In this document: in pieces, positions 27,078 through 41,500 of the stretch
How positions within the stretch are numbered: position 1 is the first letter of the stretch
Layout: each line of letters begins with the position of its first letter
Assembly (NCBI RefSeq): GCF_018977255.1
Contig: NW_024704749.1
Span: 22,816,001 to 22,880,000, forward strand
Source of the DNA: Callorhinchus milii
Taxonomy: Eukaryota
Direction: 5' to 3'
DNA: 64,000 bases
Notes under the pieces: generated by a model
Told to the model about the DNA's origin: nothing
Databases searched by the model: none
The model's input: the letters and a program-made list of their open reading frames with translations, nothing else
Translations under genes and position numbers: made by a program

Positions 27078-27499
27078 GGCGCCCTCACAATGTGAAAGGC
27101 GCTATATAAATGCAATTTGTTATTGTATAATAATAATCCTTGCATTTGATATTGCGCCTTATCATGACTGGAAGACTCTCAAAGCGCTTCACAGAATATA
27201 CTGTAAAGTGAATTGACTGTATATTTTGTGGGCGAAACGCAGCAGCCAATTGCGCACAGCAGAGTCCCACGAACAGTCGTGGACTGAGTGACCAATTTCT
27301 TATTCATTTATTTTTGAAGGAATTATTACTCATGGAAAAACGATCCACCAATCGACTAGTAAGCGGGTTCCTACTTACTACTAGGTAAACAGAGGTGTGT
27401 GGAGTAAGGAAACTTGCCCAACATTTCACCCTGCCAGAAATCAAACCCAGGTCTCTTGCTTGCGAGGCGTGTGGTCTAACCACTGAACTACAGGACTCC
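27078..27499 (-). mobile_element. Full-length tRNA-SINE (27128-27499, minus) abutting a plus-strand L2 3' tip (27078-27127)
   Basis: gtgaaaggcgctatataaatgcaatttgttattgt|ataataataatccttgcatttg...ctacaggactcc. Confidence 0.9.
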
Positions 27500-30400
27500 A
27501 CAAGCATACACTCAAGCATACAGAACTGTTTATTTAAACACGTGAATATCTATGAAGAACAAGTATCTATGTAGCTTGCATTCATCCCTCAATCACACTA
27601 AACTGTTCAGTGTTTCTCGAGTTTAACCCTCAAAAAGGGATAAAGAAAGATAAGGATTAGGCCAACATATTTTACAGTAATTTTGTTCAAGACTCAATCC
27701 TTCTTTGGATGTAAAAGCAACCAAGAATGCAAATTTGAATTAAATGTTTTTTTCCATCTAACTTTCCTAATTAAAGGCTCCTATCCAACTAAAACACTAA
27801 ACTTAAGATTTACCTTTTAGGAGTAAGAGCTTTGTGTCAGTACTGTTTGGCCTCCTGACAATCTGCTTTAAAGAGCAAAGGAGAAAACAAAGGCACTCAT
27901 TGTCTACACAAGTGCCCTGTCAGATCAGGTTGCTTCTTCCCAGTGTCTAAGCCTGAGAGTACCAAATACTAGAGGGTTGACAGTTGTGAAACACTGCAGC
28001 GGGATAAGATAACCGAAACAAACAGCTTGTAGACATTTCACCAGGCACACCAAAATTAATCACTGCCCTGTTGAAATGCTGACATTTCTGGAAAGTGTCA
28101 TTTGAAGTGACGGGCCGCTGGGAGATGTGATAATTGGTAAACAAGGTCTAGCACCTATTCTGACGACCTTTCGCCCGAGTGGGCACGGAGCCAGTGAATG
28201 GTGGACGGCTGACCACTGGCAGGCTTCAGTGATCACAAACAGTGGCAAGGGACATTAGCAGCCATTGCGACCTCATTATGGTTTATTAGGATTTTCTTTA
28301 GATAATTCTTATTCAGACCCCAGGCAAAGATGCAAATGTATGACTGAAAGCCCCTTAAAAAATACCCATGGGCTAGTTCTTGGGACAATGAGTGGGCCAG
28401 GTCTTTTTTGTGTTCTAATTAGACATATAGGGATTCAGAAAACTAACACAAAAACAGGTCAAGCTGCAACAAATGTTTGCGCATGTACTGGCCACAGCTA
28501 AAGTTAATGAATCACATGCTTTGTGTGCACCAGTAGATCTACATCGTTTTGATTTTTGGGGACAATTAATCTCTGGCAGCTGAGTCAGGCAGTGGTTTCT
28601 CATCCTATGGCACTAGCATTGGAACTCGCGGCTTCCACATTGGAAAGCAGAATCAAGAGTTAATTAAAACACAAGGCAATAGCCTAGAACGTCGCTTGGT
28701 GCTTTAATTAGCTCAATGTCCCCATTAAAGAATACAACCTGTCTCTTCTTACACTGCAGCCATTAGTAGAGATTTCAGCAACGCGGTCCCTTTAAGAACA
28801 GGCACGGTATCCTTTTAGACATTTAAATCACGTTTTTACAATCCAACAATCTATTGGGGATTAGTGCCCACTCTCCAGCCAATCATGCTGTACTATTTTA
28901 ATAAACTATCTACAATCCTAATGCACATTAAAGACACATGCTTTTTTTTGAAGTTAAGGCTACAGGGAATTTTTTTCCTTCTAATGTATTCTAAATAATA
29001 GATACGGTTTTATAAAATGATATAGCCCTAGGTTATAATATCCCACAACCACAAACTTGTGCAGAATCCTACACTAATATTTGAATAAAACATGGTGAAA
29101 TAAAAACTAAGAGCAAAGGAACAATATTCTGAATCAGGTTTTCTTTACGCTGCTATTATATTACACGGTAATGTGTTAATTGTAAATTCAGAAAACAATT
29201 TTGAAATTATTTATCATATTTTTATTACTTTATTACAAATACCTTTGCCATACAACTTGATGTTTGTTGGAACATTACAAGCTCATTATAAAAAATAATT
29301 GCTGTATCCATCAAATGGTATCTAAAATAAGCAGGAAGAAAAACAGGATAGGGATATTTCAATTGGGTTATTATCAGGGCAAGTCAACACGTGCTGGAAC
29401 TTGTCCTGCTGTTTTACACTAGGTCTGCTAACTCCTGTACCAATGAGGTAGATTGCAACAAATCTTGAGACAAGAAAAATGCCCTCTGTGAGAGCAATGA
29501 ATGCCATTTCCCTTGCCAAAGCTTAAGGTTATTGCAGTTTAAGAGTAAAACATTAACTAAAATCAGCCTGTAAATTTAAATAGTAGGAATGCTTGTGGTA
29601 AATTTTTCTCTGTTGAGCTCCAAGATATGCTAACATTTCGGCATCAGCTACCTATTTTTATGCTTTATCTGAACCCATGTGTTTTAAAAACCTTGGATTG
29701 TTATTTGGAATAATTATCGTATTTCTGAAGAGAATTGTGTTATCAGCAGCAAATCTAAATCTGTTTTTTTGTCCACACTGAAACTACATTATTAATGCAT
29801 TACACATACAGTAAATAATGCATTTGTGCATTCCCCACCCAAAGTAAAGTGATTTTCTGATGTATTCAGAGCAACCAAATAGAAATGTGCTGTGCAGTCT
29901 CCCGATGCTACACTACAATACTTCAATTGCTTCTAGTTTTGTTGTGACAGATGTGCAAGTCCTTATTCATGAAATTGGGTTCTTCTTCATACTGTGTACA
30001 CCGTTTAAAGAGGTTTCATTTCAATGTTACCCTCTTTAAGGCCTGAATCTATAACAGGACTTCCTTTTCCTGTATATTTAGCGCCTCACATTACAAGAAG
30101 GAGCACTGTAACAAGTCGATTCTTATATGACAACAATTTTTGATTAGACTGGAAGGAGCACTGTATAAGGGCGTGGGAAGGCTAATCGTGTAGTGGAATG
30201 ATACAATGTGCTCTTAATGGGGCAACCATTAAAGTAAAAGTTTCCCTTGTGTGGTAGGTATATGGATTCACCCATGATGGGCAAAAAAATGAAGGAAGAA
30301 AATGGTGTATATTTAAAGCTGTAAAGGACCAAAAGAATAACATTTAACCAAGACAGCTCATCACTTTCAGATTTTGTGCTTTACCCTTTTAAGAACTTTT

Positions 30401-33400
30401 GGTTTTTGCAGCCAACACTGTGGCACAATTTTAATGTAGTACAATATTTTGTGCATTGTTTAATAACTTAAAAGCTTTATGTGAACATCTGTGTAATGTA
30501 ATGTCTGGGCATGTGTCCATGTTTTCCCCCAAACTAATTATCTATACATCAGCCAAAAAGCAATGTCATATTCCTTACAGAGCACTGGCAAGCGAAAGCA
30601 GTAATGTGCTCTCAGCCACTTGCTTAAATCAATGCAATACACTCCTGAAAACGAAATCTGCAAAACATTCAACCTAATGTCGCAACAAGATGTAGAGTGT
30701 TTCAGAACCAAAACGCTGTGTTGATTCAATGGGAATTTGAGCTAAAATCATTTGGAACAGATCTGGATATTCAGAGTTCACAGCTGTTTTTCATGTTGGA
30801 AATTATTACGCTCACAACCCCAATATTTTATTTTAAATGTAAATGTGGTACCCATATTTAAATCATTCATCTCAACATGAAGATATCAGCAGATTAACAT
30901 ATATATATTTTTAAATTACAATTCTCAATACAGCTTAACAGAAAACATCAATTTTGAATAATGTCAAGCTGGCAAATTAACTTTCATGGTGACCCCTTGG
31001 TTTTGTCATTTTAACAACAAAAAGATCAAGTCTGAAACTGTGGGTTACCTAAAACAGTAGAAATTTACAGCAGAAAAGGCAGCCATTTGGCCTCACTTGG
31101 AGAGAATACTAGCTCCAATAAGCAATGGGGTTGGACATCTTTGCATACTTGGTCACAGTAACTTGTGATGAAATCAACCGACTGAACGTCATACTTAAGA
31201 ATGGGCTATTAACAACCCCCTCTCTCTCAACCACCTTGAGCACATTTTATCAACCTTATGTGTAGTGCAATTAATGTGGTGCCTAGCATGACCAAAAACC
31301 TCTAAACTTCACTAAGACCTTTTTTTAATAAGTTACCATTAGCTACCCTTCAACTTAGTGCATAAACTTTTAAATGAATCTAGAAGTTAATTAGCAGGCG
31401 CTAATCTAATCAGAGCTGAGCATCAAACAGCACTCACATTTGGCTGAGTGCAGAGAGTGAAACCTTATTACATGGTTTCTTGATGTAGCGCATACCAGCA
31501 GACATCTAAATGAAGCCCTCATCTCCTCCATTCAATGTTTGAATGCTGACACAACATCATCAGGTTCATACTGAATATCCTGCCAGTAATCAAATGAGAA
31601 AAAGCTAATTAGGCAGCAGGTTAATGAATTCAATGACTCTTGGCTTGATTTCCACTGAACGTATACGATTTTAAAAAGGGTGAATCCACACCTAGATAAA
31701 TGGAAGGATTGATAGGTGTGCAATGTCTGTGTATGGTCGCGCGGCGCTGTGCTGAATTATACAAAAGAAAATTTATTGCAAATAGAAAAATATTTTTTCC
31801 ACCAGTTTTAACCAAAGTAAGAAGCTTGCAGGCAAATATTTAAGTGTACAATACTACTATGTGTCAGTCTGTGAATCTTGCCCTCCAACCACATCAAGTT
31901 ACAATCTGAATGGGCATTTTTAATGCGATCCTGGATGTGCTGTAGAGTCTTTGCAATCCAACCTCCCACCCCAAAAGCACATCAGCAAAGGACAGTGTCA
32001 CAGAAGCTGTAAAGCACCGCATTCACGACGAACTAAAACAACCCGATAAATGGTCTCACAAAGTTAATGCTGTCTCGTATCTTTTCCTCAATGAAACTGA
32101 TGTGAACTGCTTATTTTCTAAAGCACACTATAAGATGACAGAAGCATTATGACTGCTCATATGTTCTGACTAACATTTGCCACAAGCTATATCTGTCAGC
32201 ATTAAATAAAGCTGCATTATAAATGTAAACAAAACACCCACATCTACAAAATGAGCTGTCCTCCATGGCTGTAGGCAGGAACTGAACCAGCTTATTGACT
32301 CAGCTTGCTCTTTTTATTTATTCTTGTACAAAGATGTGCATTTACTTTAACCCTGCGAGCTTGCTGGGCTGAAAGGAAGTCGTTTGCTTCCTGCCGCAAA
32401 TTGAATGGACTGATGATGACAAACATCTACCTAAATGGGTACGCCATTAGATGATCAAACACTACAGAAACTATTACCTGATTAATGATGGCTATCAAAG
32501 TTCAGCTGAGGTCAACGCATATTTCTGTTTGTTGGCTTTTTTTTAAATGAAACTATGAAAGTAGAATTAAAATAAAAGTTAACTGATTCAGGGTGGCCAT
32601 TTTACAGCAAATATTATTTCAGAAAAAATACATCAAAACATGCCATTTAGGATTCATCTGCAAGATTCAGATCTTCATAAATATCACCCCCCAAAAAATC
32701 AAAAAATGTTGAATTTTCTGAAATAATAAAACAAAACATTCCGTGTTGGGTCTCACAGAGAGCCCTGGATTAAAGCTGTATTTCTTCATTTCTTGGTGTA
32801 TTAATACTTGATCTTTAATTACCTGCACTGTCGCAGGCTTATTGTGACAAGCCACTCACGGACGACAGTACAGCATGTGTCAGTAACACCCTGAAATTTG
32901 ATCAAAACTACTTGCTCTCGCTTTCTATACCCATCTAGCTTATAAAATAACTGACAGCTACAGATGGATGGCGAGTTGTTTTGAGGGGCTACTTATGCGC
33001 TAGAGATGGTTAAGATAGCCTCTCTAATGTGGACAATCCTCTGCTTATACAAGAGGTACTCTGTCCCACTGGATTCCCTGACAGTGCTATGCTCTTTTGT
33101 GAGAACATGCACATTATTGTCCTGGACAGTTTGTGTTATTACATTTGTGAGGTCACGCACTCTTTGGCTGTGGAGTGTCAGCGAAGGAGGCGAGGGGACA
33201 TCAGGCCATTCCCCACACCCCACCCACACATCTCCTGGTCACTTCATCAGTGCACATCGCCAGTCATTTTTCATGAATGGAAACAAACAGAGCGAAGAAG
33301 TATCTTGTACAGATTACACAAAGTAACGGATGGTCAGAGGATGAATTGCCGACACATATGAAGTCTCTTACTGGTTTGGGGGCTTATAGATGTACAAGTG

Positions 33401-33696
33401 AGAAACCTACAACCAACTGGGACTGGCTACACATTTCTAATTCACCCCTGACTATCCACTATCCTATAAGAAATATATCCCCAACCATCCATTGTCCTGT
33501 ATGGCCTGAATGAATCTGGTTTGTGCGCAAAGGGCATCAATATTGTTGCCTCAGTCGTCTACAGCAATAATTTATGTGTATTTCAGGAGTTTTCTTTAAC
33601 TCAGCAAAAAGATACAGCAGTTCAATAGCCTTGCACAGAACACTTCTATGACCATCTGCCCAAATACCAACCAACTATAAGTGTATATATGTACTA

Positions 33697-34031
33697 CTTA
33701 ACTAGTAGAAGCTAGTCAGTTAACTAATGCAAGTTGAGGAGTCCTGGAGCTCAACGGTTAGAGCAGTCGCCTCACAAGCGAAAGAAACTGGGTTCAACTT
33801 CTGGCAGGGCAAGTTTCCGTGCTCCACATGCCTGATAATAATCCCTCAAGAAAAAAAATGTCACTTCAATCCATGACTGTTTGTGGGACGCTGCTGTGCA
33901 CAATTGGCTGCCACATTTCGCCCATAAATATACAGGCAATTCACTTTACAGTATATTCTGTGAAGTACTTTGAGACATCTAGAAGACGTGAAAAGCGCTA
34001 TATCAAATGCAAGGATTATTATTATTATTAC
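33697..34031 (+). mobile_element. tRNA-SINE, short subfamily, with a 41 bp 5' extension
   Basis: Head at 33738; ccacatgcctgataataatccctcaag junction; the upstream 41 bp are shared with the copy at 53340-53684. Confidence 0.9.
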
Positions 34032-34431
34032 TTTTCCAGTGACAGCACTGAGTGACCAGTCTAATTGACCACTCCATAAATTTACCACCTCTGCCCTAGG
34101 TGACCAGTGCATAGTTCTGGCAAGATGAAGGAAACATGCTTCAATAAGAAACCTTCCAATCAGCCAGTTGAATTACTGTATAAACTTGGGAAGGTCCCAC
34201 CCTCTGTGGGATATATTCCAATCTATCAAGACAGTGCACATTTGTAGGCAAACACGCTTCAGTCAGATGTGCAAGCAAGCAATGTGTATTCTGTTAGTAA
34301 GTTTACAAAACCATTGAGGAGGCTGTCTTGTGTAAAATTTCTCATCCAGCATTTGGAGGAGAGTACACAACTGAAATACTGGAATCACTTTCCACAGGTG
34401 AGTGAAGATAGCTATTTTTTCAAACACATAT

Positions 34432-34530
34432 TATATTGGAACATAGGAACAGGAGAAGACCAATCAGCCCCTCAAACCTGTTCTGCCATTCTATAAGATC
34501 ATGGCTGATCTGTACCTTAACTCCAATTAC
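34432..34530 (-). mobile_element. CR1 3' terminus
   Basis: acataggaacaggagaagaccaatcagcccctcaaacctgttctgccattc..agatcatggctgatctg is the reverse complement of the tail type at 20685-20762. Confidence 0.7.
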
Positions 34531-34681
34531 CCAATTAATTTAAATTACATTTGTAGATCTAAGTGAAACATGAATGCCCTATTGTCAGAAGCTCGTTTAT
34601 GATGTTTTCCTTAGACAAACAAAACACATTTAGATTTTTTTGTGTACAATATGAATCCTGGAAGTAGTCAGCTGTAGTGTT

Positions 34682-34890
34682 GAAATTTACCACTGGGAGG
34701 TGCACATGAGCGTAGCTGAGAGATTTTCATTCCAATCTCCCCTCCAACCAGGACTGCACTTGCCATCTCCCCACAGAGGTGCAGCACAGATTAGCAATTC
34801 AGCACGTGGACTATCGGTGCATCCCATCACTCCACGGAAACACATCAGCGCCCCGACACACTGTACCTCCCACCCCCCCAATTTAATTTC
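34682..34890. mobile_element. Decayed MITE-like element with imperfect terminal inverted repeats
   Basis: gaaatt...tgggaggtgca (34694-34704) pairs with tgtacctccca (34862-34872)...aatttc; the interior is more GC-rich than the flanks. Confidence 0.4.
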
Positions 34891-37800
34891 ACTATTAAAA
34901 CATATCTGTGCACAGGTCAATTAGAGCTTGCATATTTTATTTTCAATACTTACTGCATCAATAGATCATTGGCATTCTCATTTTCATTAATGTAACGTGC
35001 TGTTTCTACCATCAGCCCTAAAAACCCAATGCTTTAAAAGCAACATCAGCTGTTAAATTGCAATAATACCAAATAGCTGAGACAATGTGCAAATGGAAGC
35101 AATTTAAAGAAATAATATTTGACTGTTTACAGAAATCACAACTGCTTCTAAGAAAAATTTCAACACAATTAATGTAATGTTCTGTACTCACTTCAACATT
35201 CCACCTGCATTTAAATAAAAGAAAGCTGTGTGCTAGTGTAAATGAAGGCCGGCCACAGGGGACCACAGCCCAGCTCAGTGTAGGCATAAAAAACACAAAC
35301 GAAACTCCCTTTCGCCCAAGCTACCATTATTACTTGAGCAAAACAAATATTCAGCCCACAACCACTAAATCACTTCAATTCCTATTTCCAAGTATAATTT
35401 AATCTTCCTCTCTGACACTTGATGCTTACTTCATCATAGGGTAATGACAGATTAAAAAGTTGTTGAATTAAATATTGAAGAGGACTGCAGGCGGTTATGC
35501 ATTTTTAAGAAAGAATACAGATTGAAGATGAAATGAGAAGCTAAAATGCATGCTCGAAACCATAACATCCAAAACATACGTGAAGCACACCTACTGCAGA
35601 CATACTATAGTGGCTCAGTTTCTTATTTTTAACTTATCAAAGCCAATTAATGGAATATTATATGAAGTTTTTTTTTTAAAAAAGCAAGTATAGATGTTAT
35701 AAAGTGCATCATTAACTTAAATAAATGAGATTTCTGTTTGTGCACACACTGCTCATACACATGTATTTTCAGTACCCGTGAATGTATGAGCATGAAGATA
35801 TGTGCATGCACATAATACCCACAGATTTTGGTATCAGCTCAATTCCTCCATTAAGAACAGAAAAGAACAAAATGGGTCATAAAGCTGCTAATATTATTCC
35901 ACTAAGCTGCTGACACTGTAGTTTAATTGCATGTCCAGCATTCTCTGTACTTTGTATCAGAATATCTCCAGTTACAGTGAAACACTAACTGCAGCCCCAG
36001 TATTTTCTCGTTTACACACTGCACGTAACCAATTAACTGTACAATAATTAAGAACTACCAGTCAGAAATGTCGATCGTCTTCTGGTTTGTACTTGTGGCA
36101 ACACGCCTGTTTAAATGAAGTAAATGCTCCTCATTCAGCCCTTTGAAGAGATCTCATTTACTGGCTTTCTGTGACAGCATTTTCTCACCAGTTCTGACTG
36201 CATAATTAATGGCAATGCACTCTAGTGTCATGCACTGAGCCCTTTGGTTTACTTCTGCAAGACATTTACAGTTGAATATTAACTACAGCAAGCAGCAACA
36301 CAACAGGGGTGGAAAATCAGCCTGTCACAGATCTGTCTTGATGCCACATAAAAAGCTACATCACGGATTTGGTTCTCTTGCAAGATGATTAAGTGCAAGA
36401 TCTACACAAGCAAATAAAGTCTTGACTGAGAAATATGTCTGACTCATACATTATAAACTATAATTTATACATTATGTATATCATCAGTGTATAAAACACG
36501 GGTGGGAGTGTTACAAAGCTGTAATACACTCGAGGGGTTTGGATGATGGCATTAACCATGAGAGGGAGTGTGTAGTTTATAACTTCATCTGAACCCACAG
36601 CATGCTGAAGCCCCAACACCAGCTAAAGAGTCGCTGGATGAGATGCTTAATAAAGGCATCGTCATGCGTATCATGTGAAAGGAAGCAGATTTCACAGCAT
36701 TATGATGAAAGGATTTTTGATAAATTGTCATATGACAGGAATAGGAGAATTTACTGAGAAATAATACGTTAGCTTTTACGGCAACTGAGGTTTGTATTAA
36801 ACATAGAATAATAGATGGATGACAGGGTGTTACGCAATTGTGTCCCAGTCAAGGGGGTCATAACCTCAAATTCGCTGGTAGGTGGTGCACTGGAACCTCA
36901 AAGGTGACTATGATGTTCATTCCCCCCACTTCATAAGGTGCCTTCTGTGATGGGCAGAATCATCAGGGCATAGAGGATACAGTATTCCACAGCATATTAG
37001 GCCAAACTTTCCTCCATGTGAAAGTGCCAATGCTATTTATAACCATGCCAGCCAGCTACTTATGAATCTTAATGCAACTAAGTTACAGTACCTTACCATT
37101 TAAGGAGCTGCTTGTGCCCATCCCTCCTGGGTGCTTGGTCAAACATGGCTGATGAGCGAGTGTATAATGGCATTAACTGGATCAACCATCTCATTCATAT
37201 ATGGTTTTTTTCTGTGACGGGCATGTATTTTTTAAGTTTGGGTACAAATCATCTATAACTGCATCCCGACTCCAAACGTGTGGTACAAAGTGATAATATC
37301 CTCGCCTATCCTGTAGGTCCACATTACTGTATAAGTGGTCTGCACTTAAAAATAAACTTTAAAAAGATGCCATCAATCACTTCAATACTCCTTGAAGCAT
37401 GTTCTGTAAAACAAAGATCTGCTGGCTGTTAAAAGATCTGTTTCAATTTTCCTCATGGCCTTCTCTTCTACCCACTTGTACAGGTACCTTCTTCCTTATA
37501 AGGTAGGCTTTACATGTGTCAGAAAGTCTGGACTCAGGCATTTTCAAATATCTCCTGCTGTTGCGCTTATTTGTAAAGAATTAGTTACAGGCACATTAAC
37601 ACACAAGACTGCACTGTTTTACATCAGTCAGCCAAGAGAAAAATCTAAGTAATGTGAGTATGTGTATGTAAAGCGCAGGAAGATATGGCAGCTGTGTAAA
37701 ATGACAAGAAATTACAAATCTTGCCACTAGAAATTCTTTTTTCATTTCCACAGCAAATTCAGTTCAGGTCATCCACAGGAAGGTGACCTGCTATGTTAAG

Positions 37801-38364
37801 GGACATTCCAATTAAGCCAAAGCAATATTCAGTTACAGTATCTGTAGAAGAAAGAGTTCAACAGTACAGCTTGCCATTAAAAAATTTATAACCTATTTAG
37901 CCTTTTAGAGGAAGAAGTCAAATGCTTTTGCTGCAATTCAATGAACGAAGCATAAATCGCTCAATTTGATCCTTTACAGTCTGAGAGAGTAAAGTCTCCA
38001 TTTTCTACAACGAGAATTCAGATCCTACATTTTATTCTAATATTATCAGGCCTCCTTATGGGCCAGTGCCTGGGAACGATAGTGGGATAGAATAGGTGGT
38101 GGTGGTGGGAAATGACACAAATCTTTGTGGAGTTAAATTTATCCCTGGAGAACGAAAAAAAAGTCAGTCTTTTTCTATATATATTTGACAACTCTAGGAG
38201 AAATCTGTTCAGTAATTATACAATTTTAAAATTTAAAAATGCCGAAATTCAAAGCACAGCAGGACACCTTTTCTGCAGATAGATTTTATAAGTCTTCCAA
38301 AGCAGAACATCTAAGAACCTTCACATTATAAAAGTGTGCAGAGGGATGATTTTTAGAAAACAAC

Positions 38365-38523
38365 AGCACTGCTGTTCGCAATTGGCTGCAGTGTTTCGCC
38401 CACAAAACATACAGTCAATTCACTTTACATTATATTCTGTGAAGCACTTTGGGATGCCTCGAAGATATGATAAGGCACTATATCAAATGCAAGGATTATT
38501 ATTATTATTATTATTATTATTAT
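38365..38523 (+). mobile_element. tRNA-SINE 3' half with a long (TTA)n tail
   Basis: cactgctgttcgcaattggctgc...atatcaaatgcaagg(att)n. Confidence 0.88.
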
Positions 38524-41500
38524 CATAAAACACATATCAATATACACCTCTGACAGTGTGCAGATGTTCTGGTGTATTCACAGGCCTATCAAGTTTTACT
38601 TTGTTTTAACTTATCTTAACATCTCTTGTTTAACTGGGAGTCGTTTTATTGTTAAAAAAAGATTTACAAACATTCAGACAAAAAGTATTAAATCTCAAAA
38701 TGTGCAGGTTATAGAAGCGCCTTTCAGCATATTTATTACTCTTTTGAAATGCTCTAATTATTTTTACTTCACAATTAATCTGGAACAATTAAAGCGTTAC
38801 TAAGCGCTGAAGCACAAGTCGTTTACATCCATTACGTCTGAAAATAAATTTACCACTGGATTGTCTTGGGTTCGGTTTTCTGGCAAGCCCCTACTCTACT
38901 CCTCTGAAGATTAAGATGACTTGATCCTGCAAGCATTTAAAGAATTCATCCCCACAAAGGGGTCACTTGGAGGCCAAAAGTTAGCCTTACAAGTGCTGTG
39001 CCATTAACTGTTTAAGCACAGAAGTTACTGCATGTTTTCTGCTGGCAGAAGAGGTGAATAAGTGAAGATAGCACCTCACCCAGCACTGTAGCTTGCGAGT
39101 GCTCCTGTTCACAATACAGATGTGTCGCAGGGATGTCACCTTAACAGGAACACAAGCTTACAGCCCTACAACGTATTGTTTATCTTAAACATTAAGATTA
39201 AGATCAAGATTTAATTTAGCAAATTAGTGTAAACCTTTCAGACTGAGATCTTATTTTTCAACCCCTTCTTAAGCAGATTCCAACAATCCCACCCAGTGCT
39301 TCAGGAATACTATTCACGATCTCACAAAAGTAGCACAATACAATAAAAGCATTTTTATTTTAACTTTTTAAATTTGTTCTTAACCCAAATGCCACCAGGA
39401 TTATTTCATCTAACTCTCAGTGCTCCGAAACTAATCTCAACTCTTATATAAAAATATAGCTGTTGTTTTTCCAGCGACCTGTTTACATCTGGGGCCGACA
39501 TTCAGTCATGTGCAACTAACATCATAAGATACAGCCTTACAGCGGCCTGCAGTTCTAGTCACTCCAAAATACCTGAGTGACAGCTCTCAAAGACAAACAA
39601 ACACTGCAAACTCGGGAATTAAATTGAATTCCAAATAGTATTTCTTCAAGTTAAGGTTATTTTCAGGAAACAATTAAAAAGGAAATGAATTAGATTGTAG
39701 GAATGTGCAGTTTTTTTCCCTTTATCAATACAGTATATCAGTTTTTTTTCATCTTCCCACAACCAACTTTTAATGTTGGATTTTCCTGTATTTTCATTCA
39801 TTTTTCCTTTGTTTTTTTTTACTTGCAACCATTTAAAGTATTTATTGTTTCCTCATTTTGGATTGCTGGATGACAGATTCTTTTGCATCACTCTCTTGCA
39901 CACCAAATCCTCAGATACTGTGCTCCTAATTTCAAGACTTTAGTCAGTAAAAACAAATAAAATTGGATAATCTTGAGCTGATAAATACACTCATGTACAC
40001 ACACATCCGTGCACACACACTTTGATCTTATTTACTTCACAAGGACTGTAATTACACAACCTGAAAATGGTCACAATGAGGAATGGAGGATAGGGGGGAA
40101 TTATCACTTTGTGTCCATGAATACGCTTAATGCAATTTGCACAGCTCAATGGATAAACAAATCTGTATATGTGAATCAAACATTCTTGAAGATTATAACA
40201 GTTAAAAACAAGAACAAGCGTAAAACACAAGGCATAAGAAATGTATAACTAATTCAAACATAAATGTATGCCAAGGATATTTAATGATAGATACTTTTTA
40301 AAAACTTCCATCTAATATATCACTCAAAATTAAGATTATTTAAAAAGCACTAACACTAATTACTAACACATTTTCATACAAAAAATTCTCATCTTCCACG
40401 TTCCTATGCCCTAACCCATACAAAACACACACAGAACACAAAGTACTGAATAAAATGGCACAATTGCTACAGCACTTCGAGCATGTACCCCATTTTCTTC
40501 AATAAGTGTATTAAAACAGACAAAATAATACCCAACTGTTTTATGGTTAATGATACTATCATTACATTAGCACTTTCTGCCATTAGCACTAGGGTTACTT
40601 TAATACAAATTGAGATTTGAGCCACCTTTCTAGCACAGACCGATTCACACGAATGCCACACACATAGGGCATCAAGCACTCAAATTGATCATTTTTAAGC
40701 AATTTTAATCTCTACAGCCACAGAACAATCTGATTTGGCTATACAGGACGTATTAAGTGTATGGTGAGCTGCGGGGGTGATATTTATTTTACTGTAAACC
40801 CCCTCTCCATTCAATTTAAATATATTAACTTTAAAATTTCAAAGACAGCTTGAACAATGACTATTTCCTTTTCCTACAGTTATATTATCTTACTCTTTAA
40901 AAAAGTAAACATTTACCCAAAATGTTTATTTTGCTGAACTGATTAGGTAAAAAACAGATATCAGAGATTACACATGATTTGAGACAAACAGTTGGTTTAT
41001 ATATAAATACAGCATGACTTCCCCCAATCTGAACACTTTCTTGAGTGAAAACAAAAACTCATAGTCAGATTTCTCAATCCATATTGTCACACGTGGCACA
41101 ATAGGTTCACCTTGGAACACAGGGTTTTCTCTGGTGCAAACAGATTTTTGCCCTTACAGCAGAAGCTCATGAAAAATGTACTGTAGCACCAGCAGAATCC
41201 CTACCCCCGAAGCCATCCGATCATTCACCAAAGCAATGTTAATGTTCTCATCCTGAGAGGATGGGAGAGAAAGATCTGTTCCTTTCGCACTAGGAGACTC
41301 ATTATCCTTTGAATGAAGCTGGGTGATGGCTGCTGATGCAAACACCACCACTCAAAAGTGCTTCAATGTTACAACATCGTATTTATTTTTCTATGTGTAA
41401 CACAATAAATGCAACTACTGGTTCTTACTCTGGATCACATCTTACTTTTACTAAGGCAATGTTGCAAATGTCTATGAGTAATTATTTAAATATCACTAAA

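Noticed and set aside
33819-34055. Recurrent peptides such as [23 protein letters not shown] and LYQMQGLLL in many ORFs, resembling a gene family
   Set aside because: They are translations of the SINE 3' half.
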